Positions 7,221-10,094 of a DNA stretch of 10,094 nucleotides are shown here, piece by piece. Position 1 is the first letter of the stretch. Each line of letters opens with the position of its first letter. Under the pieces are notes generated by a model. It made no database searches. It was not told the DNA's origin and worked only from the letters and a program-made list of their open reading frames with translations. Both the position numbers and the translations under genes were made by a program. This DNA comes from Prevotella sp. (GTDB lineage Bacteria > Bacteroidota > Bacteroidia > Bacteroidales > Dysgonomonadaceae): NCBI GenBank assembly GCA_031285625.1, contig JAITVV010000013.1:1-10094 (forward strand), given 5' to 3'.

Positions 7221-8942
7221 TTACAGATTATGTAATGCTATGATAAGGTTACCTTTATCTATTTGGAGTTTTCTTCTTAACCGGGTACGCGCTACTTCAA
7301 TACTTTTTATTGACTGGAAGGTGATAGAGGATATCTCTTTGGTGGTCATGTTCAGGTACAGGAATGCACACAAGCGTCTTTCATTCGGAGTAAGATTCGG
7401 ATATTTTTCATGCAGTTTTGTATGAAAGTCCTGATGTATTTGCTGGAAACGTATTTCAAAATCATCCCATGAAGTTTTATCTACATTGGCTTTCATCTGC
7501 TTGATAAGGGAATTTATACTTTGCTTGTTAATCGGTTTCGACTTAACTTCTGTCAGTTCACCCAGCTTACCTGTCACAAAGTCAATAAATTCATTTTTCT
7601 GCACTAAATACATCATATGTGTGGTCAGTTCCTTTACTTTACTTTCGACTTCCTGCTCCAGCGTGGAATTATGAAGTATAAGATTTTGTTTTTCCAATTC
7701 CAGATTTTTCTGTTGCAAGGCAAAACTGTCCGATTGAAGTTTATCTCTTTTGTTTTTTATTTTCAGATTACAGTAAAGTAAAATCAGTACCAGTACCGAT
7801 AAAAACAACACCCCTGTTATCATAATAAAGAGGAGTGTATTCTTTTCTTCCTCCGCAAGGGCTATCTGCTGCTCCAGTTCGTACCGTTTTCTCTTCTTCT
7901 CATATTCATACCGGGTTTCAAGCTGAATAACCTGCCTCATATTTTCCTGCGATGCAATACTGTCTTTCAATGCTGATTCCGTCATATGCATTATAGCTTC
8001 ATTCTTATAGTCCTTTTTTATGCTATATATAACAGACATAATTCTGACAGCGATCATTTCCGATTTAAAGTTACGGGTTTCCTTACACAAACCGATAGAT
8101 TTTTCAAGAAATCCCAGAGCCTTGTTATAATTCTTTAACCTGAAATAGCATGAGCCCATATTATTATATACCTGAGCCAATCCGTCTTTATCGTTTACAA
8201 TTTTTCTTATTTGCAGTGATTTGTTATAATAGTCCAATGCCACATTATAATCTCCTTTTTCCATAAAAATAATACCGAGATTGTTATGGAGAGCTGAGTT
8301 ATATTCTTTAATCTTATTGCCGTCATTACTATATCTACTGTACAATAAAGACTTCTCATAATATTTCTTCGCTTCATCCAGTTCTTTTTTCTGAAGATAG
8401 ACGGAGCCTATGTTATTGTAAACTACTGAAAGCTTAAATCCCTCTTTTCTATCCTCTAAGAAATCCTCCAAGGCAAGCTTTTCGGCCTGATAAAGATTAT
8501 CGAGAGTCTTTTCCTGATTGTTCAAATTAAAGTAAATGATGCCTATGGATGTATAAAGAGTAATATACTTGTCCCTTATAGTTGCATTCCACTTGTCAGG
8601 ACTATTTTCAAGAAGTTGTTTTAATTTGAAAGAGTGCTCCAAAGCCATCGAATAATTCCATGTATTGGTAAAAAACTTCACATATTCTTTATGGATATGA
8701 TATAATAAATTATCATCTTTTACCCCTTCCAATAGTATATTTGCTTTGTCAATATAATATAGTGAAGAATCTATGGACTTCTTATCTGGAGTATCAAACT
8801 TCCTTGATCGGTCAAGATATTCTTTTACTAGTGTAATATCGTGAATAGTAGAGGGTGTCTTCCAAAATTTGGCAGATAAATTAAGTGAAATGATCTGTAA
8901 AAGCATAACCAGAGACAATATCTTTTTATTATATTTATCCAT
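7221..8942 (-). CDS. Transmembrane TPR-sensor / LuxR-type HTH transcriptional regulator (573 aa)
   Basis: Signal-peptide-like N-terminus (KKILSLVMLLQIISLNLSA). TPR motifs YTSIGIIY, YNNIGSVY..AKKYYEKSL, HNNLGIIF..ALDYYNKSL and YNNMGSCY..ALGFLEKSI. TM helix TLLFIMITGVLFLSVLVLILLYC, a coiled coil, and C-terminal LTPNERRLCAFLYLNMTTKEISSITFQSIKSIEVARTRLRRKL (GerE/LuxR HTH). No kinase or receiver motifs are visible. Confidence 0.93.
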   Translation of the reverse strand: MDKYNKKILSLVMLLQIISLNLSAKFWKTPSTIHDITLVKEYLDRSRKFDTPDKKSIDSSLYYIDKANILLEGVKDDNLLYHIHKEYVKFFTNTWNYSMALEHSFKLKQLLENSPDKWNATIRDKYITLYTSIGIIYFNLNNQEKTLDNLYQAEKLALEDFLEDRKEGFKLSVVYNNIGSVYLQKKELDEAKKYYEKSLLYSRYSNDGNKIKEYNSALHNNLGIIFMEKGDYNVALDYYNKSLQIRKIVNDKDGLAQVYNNMGSCYFRLKNYNKALGFLEKSIGLCKETRNFKSEMIAVRIMSVIYSIKKDYKNEAIMHMTESALKDSIASQENMRQVIQLETRYEYEKKRKRYELEQQIALAEEEKNTLLFIMITGVLFLSVLVLILLYCNLKIKNKRDKLQSDSFALQQKNLELEKQNLILHNSTLEQEVESKVKELTTHMMYLVQKNEFIDFVTGKLGELTEVKSKPINKQSINSLIKQMKANVDKTSWDDFEIRFQQIHQDFHTKLHEKYPNLTPNERRLCAFLYLNMTTKEISSITFQSIKSIEVARTRLRRKLQIDKGNLIIALHNL

Positions 8943-9083
8943 CGAATTAATAGTTATATTGCATATTTTTTCTTATATCGATTCATAAGGAATGTAAAAA
9001 TAACAAATTAATGACTTCTTGTATATTTACAATATTTACAAAGTAAAGTTCCCCATTTCTGATTCTTTTAATCGATTGCCTGC

Positions 9084-9091
9084 CAAATATA
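9084..9091 (-). promoter_or_regulatory. Candidate -7 promoter element for the regulator gene
   Basis: Minus strand TATATTTG matches TAnnTTTG exactly, about 140 bp upstream of ATG 8942. No well-spaced -33 TTTG was found, and the DNA is AT-rich. Confidence 0.45.
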
Positions 9092-9460
9092 ATAATTACT
9101 TAATTCAAGTTGCTATTTAGGTCCACCCATTTCAGATTATGAGAAAAAGATTGATGAAGATTTAAAAGACAAGCCAGTGGAGTGGTAAATACTTAAGTGG
9201 TAAATTTGAATAATCGTCCAGAATAGTGCCACTTTTTATGAAATAGAACTCAACAGGGCAATCGACATGATAGAAATAGAACAGACCGTAAGGTCTCAAA
9301 CTATTAAAAAGCACAGAACAATCAAAAAGTGAATGCCAAAAAAAATTGGCAACTGATTAAGGATGTAAACAAAGCTATGGCTTGATGTTGTATTTTCAGT
9401 TCTTGACGAAAATCAGCTATGCCGTTTGCAAAATTCAATATATTCATATGCAACTAAATC

Positions 9461-9489
9461 TTTGATTATTGGAAATAGCAGTATCTTTG
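9461..9489 (+). promoter_or_regulatory. Candidate plus-strand Bacteroidota promoter TTTG-N17-TATCTTTG
   Basis: TTTG at 9461-9464 and TATCTTTG at 9482-9489. The spacer is slightly shorter than the typical 19-21 nt. Confidence 0.4.
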
Positions 9490-9566
9490 AAAATAACAAA
9501 GGGTACATTTCATAAATATCCGGTGTGTTTTTTAATTTTAGTGTTTTATATTAACAATTAAAGCGT

Positions 9567-9781
9567 TTGGATAAGCTTAGGAACCTTGTTCGAAATTTCG
9601 AACCATTCTCGGAAGGTGAAATCCAGTTTATGAAGAATAACTCAGGAATCGATTTTATACTGTACAACAAAATGGACAAGACTCCTGTTTTGGCAATGAG
9701 AATGAGTTGCAACTGGAAAGGGACAGCAAGAAAAACCATATTCTCCATGAGCCCGAACACTTCTGTAAAAGTCTTCTTTAA
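9567..9781 (+). pseudogene. Frameshifted, truncated remnant of a DUF2726-like (Vsr/PD-(D/E)XK-type nuclease) domain
   Basis: One frame reads LRNLVRNFEPFSEGEIQFMKNNSGIDFILYNKMDKTPVLA (to 9695). A shifted frame from 9698 reads ENELQLERDSKKNHILH. These match the DF-hydrophobic..PVLA and Q..RD..K..IL blocks of DUF2726; the intervening IE-x-DG..H block is missing. Confidence 0.7.
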
Positions 9782-9883
9782 TGTAAAAGTCGGATTCGCC
9801 GGAAAGTTTATTATATAAAAGGCCGAATGAGATAGTTGTTATATACGAACTACAAACGATATTCAATCCATATTAATAATGAG

Positions 9884-10094
9884 TTACTTGCGTATTTTAA
9901 CTTTCAATGAGTCCGGTATTTCCGAACTCCTATAATATACTTTCCTTCCGTCGAGAGTGTATGATTTTAACAAACCCTTCCTGCGGTAGCGGTACAGCGT
10001 CTTCTTGGTAACCCCCAACAACATGCACAAGTCCTGGTTATCCAGGTAATCCTCCTTTTTGATTGTATCGGGATTTACAAACAGGCCTATCTTC
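9884..10094 (-). CDS. HTH_17 / excisionase-like (MerR-superfamily) DNA-binding protein, 5' end outside the window
   Basis: Not in the ORF track. Translation: ..KIGLFVNPDTIKKEDYLDNQDLCMLLGVTKKTLYRYRRKGLLKSYTLDGRKVYYRSSEIPDSLKVKIRK* (TAA at 9884-9886). The LDNQDLC.LL.V..KTL.RYR..G.L..KVYY signature is typical of small HTH proteins of Bacteroidales conjugative and mobilizable elements. Confidence 0.88.
   Translation of the reverse strand, partial: KIGLFVNPDTIKKEDYLDNQDLCMLLGVTKKTLYRYRRKGLLKSYTLDGRKVYYRSSEIPDSLKVKIRK

Larger units (their letters stand above)
8943..10094. mobile_element. Possible junction between cargo genes and the backbone of a Bacteroidales ICE or mobilizable element
   Basis: An excisionase-like HTH gene lies next to gene debris and AT-rich non-coding DNA. 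No integrase, att site or tra gene is visible in the window, so the evidence is indirect. Confidence 0.35.

Noticed and set aside
7240-7674. Plus-strand ORFs 7240-7425 and 7486-7674
   Set aside because: Antisense to the HTH and coiled-coil region of the regulator, short, with no independent support.
7221-8942. Hybrid two-component system or histidine kinase call for the TPR protein
   Set aside because: No H-box, HATPase_c (N/G boxes) or receiver motifs; the cytoplasmic part is only a coiled coil plus LuxR HTH.
9551-9866. Minus-strand ORFs 9551-9760 and 9642-9866
   Set aside because: Antisense to the DUF2726-like remnant, short, with no recognisable features.
1-10094. CRISPR array, tRNA/rRNA, IS transposase, or DGR-type template/variable repeats
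   Set aside because: By eye I saw no regularly spaced repeats, RNA gene signatures, transposase motifs or long near-identical DNA duplications; the protease repeats are detectable only at protein level.

Overview
Bacteroidota-type (probably Bacteroidales) accessory region with three minus-strand genes. (1) A giant ORF that is absent from the supplied ORF track because it runs off the left edge. I translated it by hand from ATG 6935 down to position 3 without finding a stop (>2311 aa). It encodes a secreted S8 subtilase with a signal peptide, an N-terminal propeptide-like domain, an intact Asp/His/Ser triad and an Fn3-like domain. A roughly 410-460 aa periodic stalk follows, made of Ig-like modules that carry two kinds of inserted domain in A-B-B-A order, and then a cadherin-like repeat. 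(2) Directly upstream and co-oriented, a 573 aa membrane-spanning one-component regulator (signal peptide, TPR repeats, TM helix, coiled coil, LuxR-type HTH); candidate operator repeats lie between the two genes. (3) At the right edge, the 3' part of an HTH_17/excisionase-like gene typical of Bacteroidales ICEs and mobilizable transposons. Between (2) and (3) lie AT-rich debris and a frameshifted DUF2726-like nuclease remnant. Most short ORFs in the supplied track are antisense shadows. All domain calls come from motif recognition, not database searches.
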